The notes under the pieces are model-generated. The model searched no databases. It saw only the letters and a list, made by a program, of their open reading frames with translations, and was not told the origin of the DNA. A DNA stretch of 64,000 nt from Flaccisagitta enflata (lineage: Eukaryota), in the NCBI GenBank assembly GCA_965153355.1, contig OZ231126.1, positions 32,488,001 to 32,552,000 of the forward strand, read 5' to 3'. A program made the translations under genes and the position numbers. This document shows positions 1 to 14,250 of this stretch, piece after piece. Positions within the stretch are counted from its first letter, which is position 1. Each line of letters begins with the position of its first letter.

Positions 1-24
1 CATCCCCTTCGGAGCCGCTGCCCA

Positions 25-1120
<1,096 letters not shown>

Positions 1121-1547
1121 GAGCAGCGTTCAGAGTTTGAATGAAAGAGAGATGACGGGCAGATGTTCGTAATTTGCATATATTTTGTTGTACGAGTTTC
1201 GCTCTCTTAGTCTGTGTCGTGTGAGTGCGCGTGTCCGGGCACGTTATCCACTCATGGATTATTTCGCGGAAAGTGAACTCATTTTAAGGAATGTACACTC
1301 ATGGCTTTTGTTAACCTTGTTTGTATTGGTATGTTGCGTTTTCAAAAAAGGATGTGGAAGTGGCCCAAATCTCAGCCTCAAGGCCCATATCCTAGCCACT
1401 AGGCCCAAATCCCAGCCTCGAGGCCCAAATCTAGCCTTGAGGCTCAAATTTCAGCATTAAGTCCCCAATACCAATTGCTAGAAGGAGGAGGAGAAAGAGG
1501 ACGAGGAGAAAATTCCTCATAGGTGTAAAAGCATAGGTCATCGACCC

Positions 1548-2870
1548 AGTTATTCCGTTGGCGTTATTATGGCATAATCGTCCCAAATAGGGGAACGACG
1601 TATCAAAACTCCTAGTATGCAGCAGTATCAAAACGTCCAAAAAACCATTTAAGCATACAACAACGTCCTTTTGTGGTTGTAATCTGGAGTTTCAAAACGC
1701 AGGCATAGTTGCCGTTTTGAAACCGCGTTTTTTGGGAGTATCAAAACTGCATAAAAAGGGGTTTTGAAAACATGACTAAAATAACATTTCTTTTTCACTT
1801 CTAGCCAGTTTTTTTTTGGCATTTTAAAAACTTGATAGAAATGCTTTTTTAACACGTGGTGATAGTGCAGTTTCAAAACTGAATATGAACGCGGTTTCAA
1901 AACTTAATTTTTTTGCAGTTTCTGAACTGTAAAAAATAAGCTTTTTGTAACGTCCTTCAAAGTAGTAAAACATTACACATTTACACAGCAAATTTACATA
2001 AAATACAAGTGACATGGAGTCACAATTCAACAACAATAGGACGGCAAGCATATAGGGAATGTTCTCCTCCTCCTCCTCCTCCGCACCCCCCCTTCCCCCA
2101 AGCTCTTGGCCCATATCTCAGCCTCGAGGCCCATATCTCAGCCACGAGGTCAAAATCCCAGTCTCAAGGCCCAAACCTTTGAGGCTGGGAATTTGGGCTT
2201 AAAGGACGGGGATTTGGAGGCTGGGAATTAGCCTCACGTCTAGATTTAAATTTCATGTTGGGGAAGGCACACGAAGAAAAAGAAGGAGGAGGATGGAAAA
2301 TTTCTATGTAAGATGAGAAAAACAGTCATCAACTCAGCTGCTGGCCACCAGGATGTCTTTCAGATTCAGTTTCATGGAAAACCAAGAGTGGCGTGCGTAT
2401 TAGCCAGTCAGTGATAGCTGGGCTAACGGGGCCCTTTACCATTTATTTCAGTTGGGTGTTAGGGAAATTTTTCCACTTACATATGACCATGCTTTTATTT
2501 CTTTAAACGCATTTTTTTCTTAGTTTCAATACTTCAATTTTTTTTGCTTTCAAAACGGTAAAAAGGGTGATAAGATTACAAAGATATAAAGATTTTTCCC
2601 CTCGCTGGCTGTAACTTTATAGCTGTTTTCAAGCGTTTTGAAACGCAGAAATCTTATGGTTTTAAAACCTTAGAATTGCAAAGTTTTGAAACGGCAACTA
2701 TGCCTAAAAATTCGTATCAAAAGTTGCGCATACTTGTGGTTTTGAAACGACAATATAAGATCGTTTTAAAACTGCATAGGAACGCCTGCTTAAAACTTTT
2801 TTAAGTACTCAGACAAAAATTCATAATTTTGTTACAATAATCTACTTTTGCATTCTGAAACTACTTTCTA
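1548..2870. mobile_element. Composite repeat block with inverted GTTTTGAAAC/GTTTCAAAAC-rich arms, copy 1
   Basis: Begins agttattccgttggcgttattatggc, as at 11872; ggcatagttgccgttttgaaac (~1702) is mirrored by gttttgaaacggcaactatgcc (~2682). Confidence 0.65.
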
Positions 2871-3577
2871 TGGTTCACGTTATATAGAACGCTAACTTAA
2901 ACGTTAGTCCGTCCATCACACTTTACTGTTTTTGGGGTTTTGCGGTTTCTGGCTTCACTGCTCCTGCCTAAATGATCAAGTGACCTCAAATTTAGCCCTT
3001 GCCTACCCGCAGGCGACTGGCGTAGCCGTATGTCTATTTTTTTTTTCAGAATCCCGCCTCACTCATATCCAACTATTTTTTCCTCCTTAACCCCCGTTTT
3101 ATGCCATTTGTCTTGATTTTTGTCGTTTATCATTTATAATTTATTCTGTTCTTCCATCAGAAATCAACCAGGATTTTCTTCCATCCATCATCAAGGCTGT
3201 GCAAGGCTTCCCTCTTTTTCTTTTTACCGCACAATGGCAGGGAAGTATCAAGAATGAGACTCGTTTATAAGCAGCGGTCCCAAAGGGGCCGTTGACCTAT
3301 GCTTTCAAACATGTGGGGAAATTTTTCCCTCCTTCTTCTTCTCCTCTTCCTTCTCCATCCCCCCAAATCAAAGCACAAATTCTAGCCTCAAGGCTTCAAT
3401 CCCAGCCTCAAGGTTTCAATCCAAGCCACGAGGCTTTAATCCCTGCCTCAAAGACCCAACCCCAGCCTCAAAGCTCCAATCCCAGCCTGGAGGCTCCAAT
3501 CCCAACCATGTGGCTTAAATCCAAGCCTTGTGGCTCAAATCCAGGCCACATGGCTCAAATCCCAGCCTCAATGCCTA

Positions 3578-3807
3578 CTATCTTGCTAATAAATATATCA
3601 CCATCTGAAAGGAAGCATCAACTTTGGAAGAGTACTGCTCCTAAATGAATAAAGCTACAATTACCAGATTGGTCTCAGTTTTGAATATTTGTTTGAACTC
3701 TTTGAAATGCGACCAATCTGGTAATTGTAGCTTTATTTGTTTAGAAGAAACACACTTCCAAAGTTAATGCTTCTTTTCAGATGGTGATATAATTATTAGC
3801 AAGATAG
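3578..3807. mobile_element. TA-flanked hairpin MITE inserted in a minisatellite-bearing repeat
   Basis: TA|ctatcttgctaata...tattagcaagatag|TA; arms pair over ~95 bp. Confidence 0.85.
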
Positions 3808-4716
3808 TAAATCCTAGCCCAGCATTGGTCATTGGCTCCTTCCCGGCCGCTGCCCCTCTCACCACCACATCTGACATAAACTAACTTAGGGGCTATGGGT
3901 ACCGCCGACCATCTGAAACTTTTGCGACTATTAAAGGCGTTGTTTTTTTGGTTTGGTGAATTTCGAGTACAGTCCAGCTTCATTCCATGGGGCCGGATTG
4001 GGCAAATTTATACCTTTTAGTGAAGCTGCCTTATTGCCAATATAGAAACAACTACAAAACCTCTTATGGGATGGCAAGCTGTATGTCTTAAAGATAGGCA
4101 TCTCTAATGATATCTTAATAGCGGGTGTGCTCTAGCGGTGCTCCACTGTGAAATGGTCGACCACTCAAAATTCTTTTGTCTAAACATAGGCAGCGCGAAA
4201 ACATAGGCCCTAAGTTAAACATCTTTGAAAGCAACACAGGTGATAAGGTTACATAAAAGTACAAGTATCATAAAAGCCTTTATTGCAAGAGTGAAACTGA
4301 TTGCCAGATCAGGTGGCCTCATGTTAGTGGATGAGATATCAACTTGTGAAAACGCATCTCACTGTTGAGCTCCGTCTTTTTTTTCTCTCTCTCTCCCGAG
4401 TAGGCTGAATTCTTAGTTTTCCCCTTCAATGTTAATAAAGATAAATACTCAAGGTATCTTTTAAGACTTAACTTCTATTCTCGCTGCTTCCTTCTTTGGT
4501 AGTTCTTCATCAATCAGTTACACATCCTCCTGGTTTTACCTAATTTAACGTAAAACACATCATGACTTGCTTCATTCTTGTTCGTATGTTCTTCACATTT
4601 TAGTTCAAAGTTTTGCATCGCTTCTATCAATTAACCTCAGTACTCCTGCCCATGTGGTCCGTCACATATGCACATATATACATGCCTGCTTACGTTAGCC
4701 GAATTAATAAAATGTA

Positions 4717-5139
4717 CCACGTGTATCAAAAAAAAAAGACGCACTTTTAAATGGCTCATTTAGCCATAAGGATTCAGAGAAACTAATTAAAATCTTAGAC
4801 CATTTTAAAGCCCTTTGAAAGTACTTTCATTTGGCAGCCAATCTGGTATTTCTATCTTTTTTCGTTTAGAAATGGCATTAGTTCGAGTAAAAATGTTGCC
4901 TGTTTCAGTTTCGCAATCCCTATGTAAAATGTGCATTTTAGCAAAATAGTGCTTCTCTTTGCAGAGCTCTAGCTCCTAAACCGTTTGAGATACAGACCTG
5001 GGGTTGGTCTAGAATGAAAGATTTTTTGAAAATCTTTAAAAATGACTTAACTGAAAATAGTTAAAATTATCTTTTTTTATCTGTTTTATTCATAAATAAA
5101 GGGGTGCGTCTTTTTTTTTTTTTTTTTTGATACGCGTGG
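4717..5139. mobile_element. TA-flanked MITE (Tc1/mariner-type)
   Basis: TA|ccacgtgtatcaaaa..agacgcac and gtgcgtct..tttgatacgcgtgg|TA. Confidence 0.85.
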
Positions 5140-5284
5140 TAATGAAATGAAACAGAAATAAAAAAGAATTTCGCGCTATGATGCTAAAACCAGCAACTAC
5201 AGTTGCATGATTTATGGAGCGACAACGACCAGCTCTATAGTTTTACAGTCTGTAATACAACAACCAGTAAATCAACAGCTGCAG

Positions 5285-5880
5285 TGCTTTTCTTTGGGAA
5301 GACTAGTGACCCAATCTGTGATTTAATGCTTGATGGCAAGCCACTGGAATTTGTTAATCAGTGGAAGTATCTAGGAGTAACGGTTGCTGCTGGACTTAGT
5401 CCGGATTTTTCTGCAAGACCAGCATTGGCCTCTTTTTACCGGGCTGTTAATTCAATACTATCTGTGTTGCGTAAACCTGATGAACTGGTTCTCATGAACC
5501 TTTTGTATAGTAATTGCGTACCAATCTTGTCTTATGGTGCCGAGACGGTAAAATTTTCCAATTCTGATATGTGAGACTGCATCACTGCCATCAACGATGC
5601 AATACTAAAAATCTACTCCTATAACCGCTGGGAGAGCACGCGCTTCCTTCGAGAAACTCTTGGCTTTCCTAGCATCTACAAAATCTTCAGACGACGATCT
5701 CATTCCTTCATCACCGGAAATCTCCGCTGCTCCAACGATACAATTCAACGCTCGACGGTGATCTACTTGTCGGAACGGATTGTAGACGACGACTAAAATT
5801 TAGTTTGTAGCCTTTAGGTGGAAGTCTTGTATGGTTGTTGTGTGTTTCTGTCATTTCATGACGAATAAAATATCATTCAT
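5285..5880 (+). mobile_element. 5'-truncated non-LTR retrotransposon (LINE) 3' fragment, C-terminal RT region
   Basis: LDGKPLEFVNQWKYLGV...FYRAVNSIL...LYSNCVPILSYGAE; frame continues past an internal TGA (5572-5574) to TAA ~5796; AATAAA at ~5864. Confidence 0.8.
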
Positions 5881-6597
5881 AATGCAACAGCCAGCAGCTG
5901 CAGTCGAATGATCTAGATATGAAGCAACCACTAGCAGCTGCAACTGCTGGTCGTCCTTTTACTTTCTAGAGCATACGTATATCGCCAAAATAAGAATTAG
6001 TTATGTTATCAATATAGGATTTATGAAAAAATGCTAAAACTATGCCAAATTTTTGGTGTTACACCCATAGACCTTGACCACCACCTGATTATGGGTTTTC
6101 TATGCATTTTCAGACAAATTTTTAGTCTGAATACATGATACCTCTCCCCTTCTTGAAAGCATTTTAGACTAATCATAGTCAATATGGCAGGTTCCCTTGT
6201 GCTGTTATTTGTAACCAATATGTGTCATTCAGGTTGAGACAAGCCAAGCAAATGTAAACGAGTCTTCAACATTGTACTGAGGTCCAAAAATAAGATGAAG
6301 AATACTCAAATCTATCAGACAAGTGACTTCATTTTTACAATCAGAGATTGACAGGAAACTAGATGAAATATTTTGACCATTTTTCAAAAGGGGTATTACT
6401 TTTGATTTGCTTGCCATTTCTAGACAACTTGAGCTAGAAAAATGTGGTTAGTGACACTTGGTCAGAAATTTGATGTAGTTTTAGAATCTCATTGATTTTC
6501 ATACGATTATTTTGTTTTTGATGGAGTTATTTCTTTAAATGCTTGGCAATATATCCATGCTCCAGGTAGTACTTACGAAAATTGTGCTTAAGTTTAA

Positions 6598-7858
6598 CAC
6601 CCTGAGCAGGAAATTTAGCACAAACATACAGGGTGATTTTTTTCAAGTGGGGGAAAGTAATAAGACATCAAATTTTGATTATGAAATTTTACGATAAATG
6701 AAAGTTATTCTATGGTTGCAAACTATTTGACATTTAGTATTTAAACAAATTGTGTTAGTATTTTCATCAAAACCAAAATTTCATTAAAATCAAGGTTTTT
6801 CATACTTTTGTTAATGTGATTCAAGCTTAAATTATGCAATCCAATTGAAAATCTATTTTTGATTGAAAATAAAAGTTTAGATATTAAAATTAGTAATACA
6901 TATTAACAGATATTTAACATTTTGACCAAAATAAATCATTTTTCAGCAAAACATAAAAATTCATTTTTATAAAAAAAATGGTCTAAACCATATAGATTGA
7001 AAATGGTCAACTATGCTAAACTGAAGTCAAAACTAATCAAAACTATTTTTTCTCTTTTGAATAATAAATGTCAAGTAATTTTTTACCATAAACTGATTTT
7101 GATTTATCTCCAAATTGTAAGAACAAAATTTAATGTCTCAATACTTTCCCCCACTTGAAAAAAATCACCCTGTATTGGTATTGAAATAGCACTTCTAGGT
7201 GGTTCAGTGAGATGATGTTTGGAGCATAGTTCTACAATTTGTACAACTAAGTAGTGATATGAACCATAATTTACTCATACTATCATTGTGCCCTCTAGAA
7301 AGCGTCAAAAATAAAACGGGGGTTCACATTTTGACGAATTTTTACTGGAAAATTTTGACAAAATGGAAACTGGTCGCTCTCTCATATCATCTTCACGCGC
7401 CACGTCTTAAGTGGTCAATACCTTTTACAAAATTCGACCTTGATGTGAGATTGTCAAACCAACGCATGATCGAGTCTGGGGTTTTAAAATCAACTGTCAA
7501 AACATTGATAACAAGGCCAAGTAGGCCAATAACGTGCGCCGTGTGGATCGTCGAACGAATGCGTTACCGACAGACCAACCGACCGACAGACAGACAGACA
7601 GACCAACGGACATAGCCAGTTATAGAGGTGCGTTGGCACACCTAAAAACGTATCAGTTTCATCCACTCATTCGAGAAACATTTGAAATAAACATGACACA
7701 TTGACCTTCATATCAATTCAGATTTCAGAACTTTTCGTGGCCTATTACCATTATTCTTGGCTCACTAGCACTTTATGTGTTATAAATCTATATTTGCCTC
7801 ATATTGACATGTTGCAACACACATTATCATATTTGTGCCAAATTTCCTGCTCAGGGTG
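6598..7858. mobile_element. TTAA-flanked non-autonomous TIR element (piggyBac-like) with nested insertions
   Basis: TTAA|caccctgagcaggaaatttagcacaaa ... tttgtgccaaatttcctgctcagggtg|TTAA. Confidence 0.8.
6629..7172. mobile_element. TA-flanked MITE nested in the TTAA element
   Basis: TA|cagggtgattttt..caagtgggggaaagta ... tactttcccccacttgaaaaaaatcaccctg|TA. Confidence 0.9.
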
Positions 7859-8167
7859 TTAAATCATTTTCACCGAAGCACAACATGCAATTGTAATTTC
7901 TAAATCTCTTTCTTTGTCTCATTAACCTGCTTTTCCTACGTTACGTCATTAACCTGTTTTTCCTATGTTATGTCTCTGTCTTTGTCTCATTTTCCTGTAT
8001 TTCTTATGTATGTTTCTTTGTCTCAGTTTTCATTCATTTCTATGTCTTTGTCTTTTCCTCTTTCTTCTGCAGTTGTTATTGCCTTTTCCGTATCAAAAGG
8101 CTTTGGCGAAGCAACGAGGCTGGAATCTATGGTTGCACGCTCTGTCTCTGTCTCTGTCTCCGTCTAT

Positions 8168-8217
<50 letters not shown>

Positions 8218-8256
8218 AGATTCGTGTGTTTCGCTTTCTCTCCCTCTCTGTCTCTG

Positions 8257-8312
<56 letters not shown>

Positions 8313-8610
8313 GTTCCAAATGGTTTTCCCCTGGCTTCTTGCTTGATATCGCACTTTATTGAATCGTTTGGCGGAAATAAGCGGCAACGGAACACAGAAC
8401 ATCCAACGGCCTTAAGATCTAACGGAAGATGGTATCGCGTAAGGAACTAATTGTCTACGAGGTTCACATGGTCTGTAATGCCCCTTCTTGCCTTACTGTA
8501 TTTTTCCTCACTCAGTTTAAGAGGTGAAGGAACAACGACCAATTAACCATACACATACATCGCTTATTGGAGCAGAATTCGGAGCAAGAATAAATTGACA
8601 GCACTTTGAC

Positions 8611-9221
8611 CACGCCACGGGGGAGGCTTTCATAGGTCAAGAAAAATTCTCGGTCATAATGGAGAGTGGTTTGGGCCCCAGGAAGGTTTACTTTATCACT
8701 TTATATCAAAACAAAAATTTTTTTACTTCAAAATTTTTTTTGAAATGCTCTAAAATGCCGTAAAAAGCCGTAAAATTGGCATTTTTGACAGTTTTTTTGG
8801 TCTGAAACCACCACTTCAGTAAAAAAATAGGCAAACAATGATTATCTGGCACTAAGACACATTTATGCAGAAATACAGGCCAACCCGACATCATTTAGTA
8901 TCATTTTGTGCCGTAAAATTCTGTAAAAAGCCGTAAAAATGGCATTTTTTGATGACAAGTTGGCATGTATTCATGCATGAATATGTTTTAGTGCCAGATA
9001 ATCATTGTTTGCCCTTTTTTTGACCATAGTGGCAGTTTTGGACCCAAAAAACTGTCAAAAATGCTAATTTTACGGCTTTTTACGGCATTATAAAAAAATT
9101 TTGAAGTAAAAAAATTTTTGTTTTGGTATGAAGTGATAAAGTAAACCTTCCTAAGGCTAAAACCACTCTCCATTATGACCGAGAATTTTTCTTGACCTAA
9201 GAAAGCCTCCCCCGTGGCGTG
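8611..9221. mobile_element. Long-TIR non-autonomous element, CAC...GTG termini, 4-bp TGAC duplication (Chapaev/CMC-like)
   Basis: tgac|cacgccacgggggaggctttc ... gaaagcctcccccgtggcgtg|tgac; inverted arms >200 bp. Confidence 0.8.
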
Positions 9222-9772
9222 TGACTGCGTTGACTTAATAGTCAAAAAAAAGAAAAGAAAAAGAAACTGCAGTAAGCGCAAGCTCTTAGGAGAGGTCGAT
9301 TCATGAGAATGACAAGTATTTGATATGGTGCGTGATACCTTTGGCCTACCGTAATCTCAAAGTTATGGGACACAGAAATTCCAACGGTGCACACGATTGT
9401 TCTACAAAGGAGGGCTCATGTAAATATCTTATTATTCCGTAGCCCATATAATGATATATGGTCTGTGATGCCTTTGGCCTACCATAATCTGTACAGTGAG
9501 TTAATGGCATCAGATCTAATGAAAGATTGTTTCACAAAAAAACTTTTTTCCCCAATGGAAAGCATTTGCAAAAGAGAGAAAGAAAAAAAAAAAGAATAAA
9601 TAGGGAAAGAATAAAAAACAAATAGATAAGTAAACAACAATACAAAGAAGGAGAAAGAATTGATAGATGAAACAAAAACAAGCAAAACAAACAACGATGA
9701 ACAAAGAAAATAGAGGAGAGGATGGAAAGAAAAAATGATTGAAGGATGATAAAAAAAAGAAAGACTGGATAA

Positions 9773-10019
9773 AACAAGGCCGGATACACGGCTACCCTAG
9801 TCGCGTGCGGGTGGGCAGGAGCAATGCTGTAGAAGGGCACTAGGGCATCTGGGAAGGAGCCGTATGCTCAAAAAGCACACAAACGCCGAAAAAGTAAAAA
9901 GATTACCAACCGACCGACCAACCGACCAAGCCACCGACCAACCGACCGACCAACCGATCGACGGACCGACCGACCAACCAACTGACATAGCGGGTGTAGA
10001 GTCGCGTAGCACGCGACTG
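9773..10019 (-). mobile_element. Helentron/DINE-1-like short element (family B)
   Basis: Terminal agtcgcgtg..acgcgact palindrome, (GGTC/GGTT)n tract, conserved end gtgtatccggccttgtt. Confidence 0.7.
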
Positions 10020-10099
10020 AAAAAAGGAAACTGTAAAGTGGCGGAATTGTTTATTCATCGTTATTGCGCGTAAGAGATGGGCTTAAAGTAAATGCACGG

Positions 10100-10632
10100 A
10101 TTACACACGCAAAGAGACGCCTGTAAGTCATTGCGTGTGTGGTGGTCGGTGCACATACATGAAGGCTTTTAAGTAAGTGCAAAAAGAAGTAACTCTTCGT
10201 GCAGCGAGAATTTGTGGGTACACAAGAGAACTACAGAGTAAACGCATGAACAGTAATCGGTTATAGAGTAAACGCATACACACGCAAAGAGACGCCTGTA
10301 AGTCATTGCGTGTGTGGTGGTCGGTGTACATACATGATAACATGAAGGCTATTAAGTAAGTGCAAAAAGAAGTAACTCTTCGTGCAGTGAGAATTTGTGG
10401 GTACACAAGAGAGCTACAGAGTAAACGCATGAACAGTAATCGGTTATAGAGTAAACGCATACACAGTGCACAATAGCTCTAAATCACCACCTATCAAGTA
10501 AAATTGCCTATCTCAACTCCAGCGACCCCAAACCACCCCTTTCCACCCACACAATAGCTCTAAATCACCACCTATCAAGTAAAATTGCCTATCTCAACTC
10601 TAGCGCCCCAAAACCACCCCTTTCCACCCATG
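10100..10632. repeat. Local tandem duplications (~180-bp unit x2; ~81-bp unit x2)
   Basis: acacacgcaaagagacgcctgtaagtc at ~10103 and ~10278; caatagctctaaatcaccacc at ~10471 and ~10552. Confidence 0.9.
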
Positions 10633-11377
10633 TGATCGGTGCACACACAAGAGGGCTTTAAAGTAGAGGTGCACTCACAAGAGTCAAAAGAAGCGTAACA
10701 AGAGTTCATGGATAGTCACAAGGAAGTTCTCTATCAGAGGGATATGACTAAAAATCATGTATACAGATGAACCACAAAAAAAATCTTATCCTGGGACCTC
10801 TATAAATCATGGCCACCACCCTATTATATCCCATAGAAAATGTACAGGCAGGATATTTGCCTCTGAGTTTTCCTATGTTTTATAATAGCAGTGGGGGTGG
10901 GTGGCGGCGACGATTCATAGGGGTTCCAGGGCTGAATTCTTCCCATAGATCATCTATTAACATGATTTTGAGCCACATCCCTTTAGCTCTGATAGAGACC
11001 TTTTCTATGTCATCGCATTTATTGTTGTTAGGCTAGTCAAGAGGGCTTTCAAGTACATGCATAGATTACTCACGCAAAGAGACTCCCGTAAGTTATGGCG
11101 TGTGTGGTGGTCGATTCACGACTTGCGCGACTTTAAAGTGTACGAAGAGGGGGTTTTGCATGCAGTAAGTATGGTGCACACACGAGAGGGCTGTTAGGAA
11201 AATGTCTGCAACTTGCAGGGTGAACAGTTCATGCACATGAGAGGTTTCACGTTAGTGTATGCAAGGGAGCTTTTTACCTGAGTGGTGATCGGCTCACGCA
11301 AAATCGCAAAATGCGTGCGCGTGCAAAAAAAAGAACTTAAGAATGGAACGATGAAACATTTTTTTCAAACTTGAAAT

Positions 11378-11539
11378 AACAAGGCCGGATACACTACCAA
11401 TACCAGTTGCGGACGGGTGGGCAGGTGCGGAAATGTGCGTTTTCACACTTTTCGACTCGTGTTCACGGACCAACGGACCAACGGACCGACGGACCGACGT
11501 ACGGACAAAGGCTCTTATAGAGTTGCGTGTCCGCAACTA
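11378..11539 (-). mobile_element. Helentron/DINE-1-like short element (family B)
   Basis: Same termini and GACC-type tract as other copies. Confidence 0.65.
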
Positions 11540-12489
11540 AAAATGAAAATGTGGAACCCATTTTAACATCAGAAACAGAAATGGGAAAAAGATTCGAGAA
11601 CCCATCAGAAACGGAAAAATGTTTCAAGACAAGTTTCTGTTGAGAATATTTAGAAAGAGCTTATCATTTTTTAAACTTCTTTGATCTTTCATGACGTATT
11701 TCTTAAAAATAAAGTGTCCCGATGCGCCTTAGACTGACTTTAGACGATGAGGCATATCCGACAATCCTGGCCATTCTCCCCACCCTCTACATTACCACCG
11801 TTTCCATAGTGACCAACTGGTAGATTGTCATATTCTTTGGCAGATAGGCAGTAGGGGAGCATATCTTTAGCAGTTATTCCGTTGGCGTTATTATGGCATT
11901 ATCGTCCCAAATAGGGGAACGACGTATCAAAACTCCTAGTATGCAGCAGTTTCAAAACGTCCAAAAAACCATTTATGCATACAACAACGTCCTTTTGTGG
12001 TTGTAATCTGGGGTATCAAAACGCAGGCATAGTTGCCGTTTTGAAACCGCGTTTTTTGGGAGTATCAAGACTGCATAAAAAGGGCTTTTGAAAACATGAC
12101 TAAAATAACATTTCCTTCTCACTTCTAGCCAGTTTATTTTTTGTTTCAAAACTGAAGAAATGAGCTTTTTCAAACAGTGGCAGTGGCAGTGGCATTAAAA
12201 TTATGAAATATGAAATCGCCGTTCCCATAAGCAATTTTTTTGCAGTTTTGAAACTGTAAAAAAGTTGCTTGTAAAAACGTTTCATAAATTCAATTTTTTG
12301 CAGTTTCAAAACTTCAATTTTTTTGCAGTTTCAAAACTGTAAAAAATAAGCTTTTTGTAACGTCCTTCAAAGTAGTAAAACATTACAGATTAGCAAACTT
12401 ACATAAAATACAAGTGACATGGAGTCACAATTCAACAACAATCGGACGGCAAGCATTTGATGGCAACACGTAGTGATTCACCCCATTTT

Positions 12490-12713
12490 CAGTTGCGTGC
12501 TATACGACTCTACACCCTGCTTTGTCCGTCTGTTAGTCCGTCGGTCCGTTTGTCCGTCCATCTGTCTGTCCGTCCGTCCATCAATCCGTTACACTTTACT
12601 TTTCTTTTTTGCAGTCCTTGGCCTCACTGCTCCTGTCCAAATGATAGGGTCACCTCAGAAACAGCCCCTGCCCACCCACACGGGACTGGGGTAGCCGTGT
12701 ATCCGGCCTTGTT
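12490..12713 (+). mobile_element. Helentron/DINE-1-like short element (family B)
   Basis: agttgcgtgctatacgactcta, (GTCC)n, cctgcccaccc, gtgtatccggccttgtt. Confidence 0.7.
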
Positions 12714-12811
12714 TCAACTAAATTTGAATAATAATGATGCCACAAATACTTTTAAAAGACACTCCAAAAACACTCTGTGTGTATGTCTTTGTCACATGCT
12801 GACCTCAAAAG

Positions 12812-12916
12812 AACCTTTTAATCTTTAACCTTTTAACCTTTTAACCTTTTAACCTTTTAACCTTTTAACCTTTTAACCTTTTAACCTTTTAACCTTTTAA
12901 CCTTTTAACCTTTTAA
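12812..12916. repeat. (TTTTAACC)n octamer repeat, ~13 units
   Basis: Direct reading of the sequence. Confidence 0.95.
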
Positions 12917-13545
12917 ATAATATAGGAAGTACACTGATATTGGAAGTACATTAATGTAGGGGTGACAGGTACCACTGACAATCTGATGTTTTTGCAACTA
13001 TAACCATTTATATTGACTACTTTTGGTAAGCAGATTGCTTTTGGGGTAGATAAAATAGTCGCAAAAGCATAAGATGGTTGTGATTGTAGTTGAGGGAGAG
13101 AGCAGGGCAGCGGACCCAAAGAGGTCGATGACCTATGCTTTCAGTGTCACACATGTAGGGAATTTTCACCTCCTCCTCCTCCCCCTCCTCCCCCTCCGCA
13201 ACCCCCCTTCCCCCCAGCTCTAGGCCCATATCTCAGCCTCGAGGCCCATATCTCAGCCATGAGGTCAAAATCCCAGTCTCAAGGCCCAAATCCCTTGAGG
13301 CTGGAATTTGGGCCTTGGGGTTGGGATTTGGGCCTTGAGGTTAGAATTTGGGCCTCACGTCTAGGCCTCGAGGCTGGGATAAAAGCCTCAAGGCTGGGAT
13401 ATAGGCCTTGAGGTTGGGGGGAAGGGGGATACGAAGGAGAAGGAGGAGGAGAAAATTCCCCATATGTATGAAACTATAGGTCATCAACTCCTTTGGGGCC
13501 GCTGGCCAAAAGGATGTCTTTCAGATTCAGCTTTATGGACCAATA

Positions 13546-14101
13546 CCCTGTCATCAAATACAACTGTAACGAAGGAAACCTTTATTGCGCCTAAAGTATT
13601 CATAATGAAGAATTCTGCTTTGCATCACCTGAAAGCACATAACCTACCATTTTATCATGCAAAATTTCAAAGCACTGGCTCAAGCGGTTTGGTTTCCACA
13701 TGATTTTCAAATTTGTCATAATTTGCCCTAAAAACATCATTTTTGAGCAATTTTTCACTTAAAAACTATTCTAAAATCATGAAAATAAAGCAAAAATGAT
13801 TGGATTGGTCAAGAATACTAGTTGATATATCACTTTTTTACACTTTTCAAAATATTTTAGCAATTAAAAAAATTTGAACTTATATTCAAAATATTCAATA
13901 TTAAAAATTTGCTCAAACTTGCCTGGCAACTTTTTCATTCAAATAAGTGTTGTGGACAAACCGTTTGAGCCAGAGCTTTGAAATTTTGCATGAAAAAATG
14001 GTAGATCATATGTTTTCAGAGGTACAAAGCAAAATTCTTCAATATGAATACTCCAGGCACAATAAAGGTTTCTTTCGTTACAGTTGTAATTGATGGCAGG
14101 G
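13546..14101. mobile_element. TA-flanked MITE with long TIRs
   Basis: TA|ccctgtcatcaaatacaactgtaacgaa ... ttcgttacagttgtaattgatggcaggg|TA. Confidence 0.85.
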
Positions 14102-14188
14102 TAGTGTCCCGTCTGTAGAAAGTGTCGTAGAATTACTAAAATAGAACTTATTCTCGTAAAACGTTTGAAACCAATTCCTTTTTTGCAG

Positions 14189-14250
14189 GTTTGATCAATG
14201 GAATCAAAGGCATCCTCTCCTTCTTATCGGCGCCGCTTATCGGGGCACTT
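14189..14250 (+). pseudogene. MFSD14: Orphan exon fragment of an MFSD14/HIAT1-like MFS transporter
   Basis: Acceptor ttttttgcag then (G)LINGIKGILSFLSAPLIGAL, matching the recalled HIAT1 segment GLIQGVKGLLSFLSAPLIGALSD; similarity stops abruptly at the repeat arm. Confidence 0.72.
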
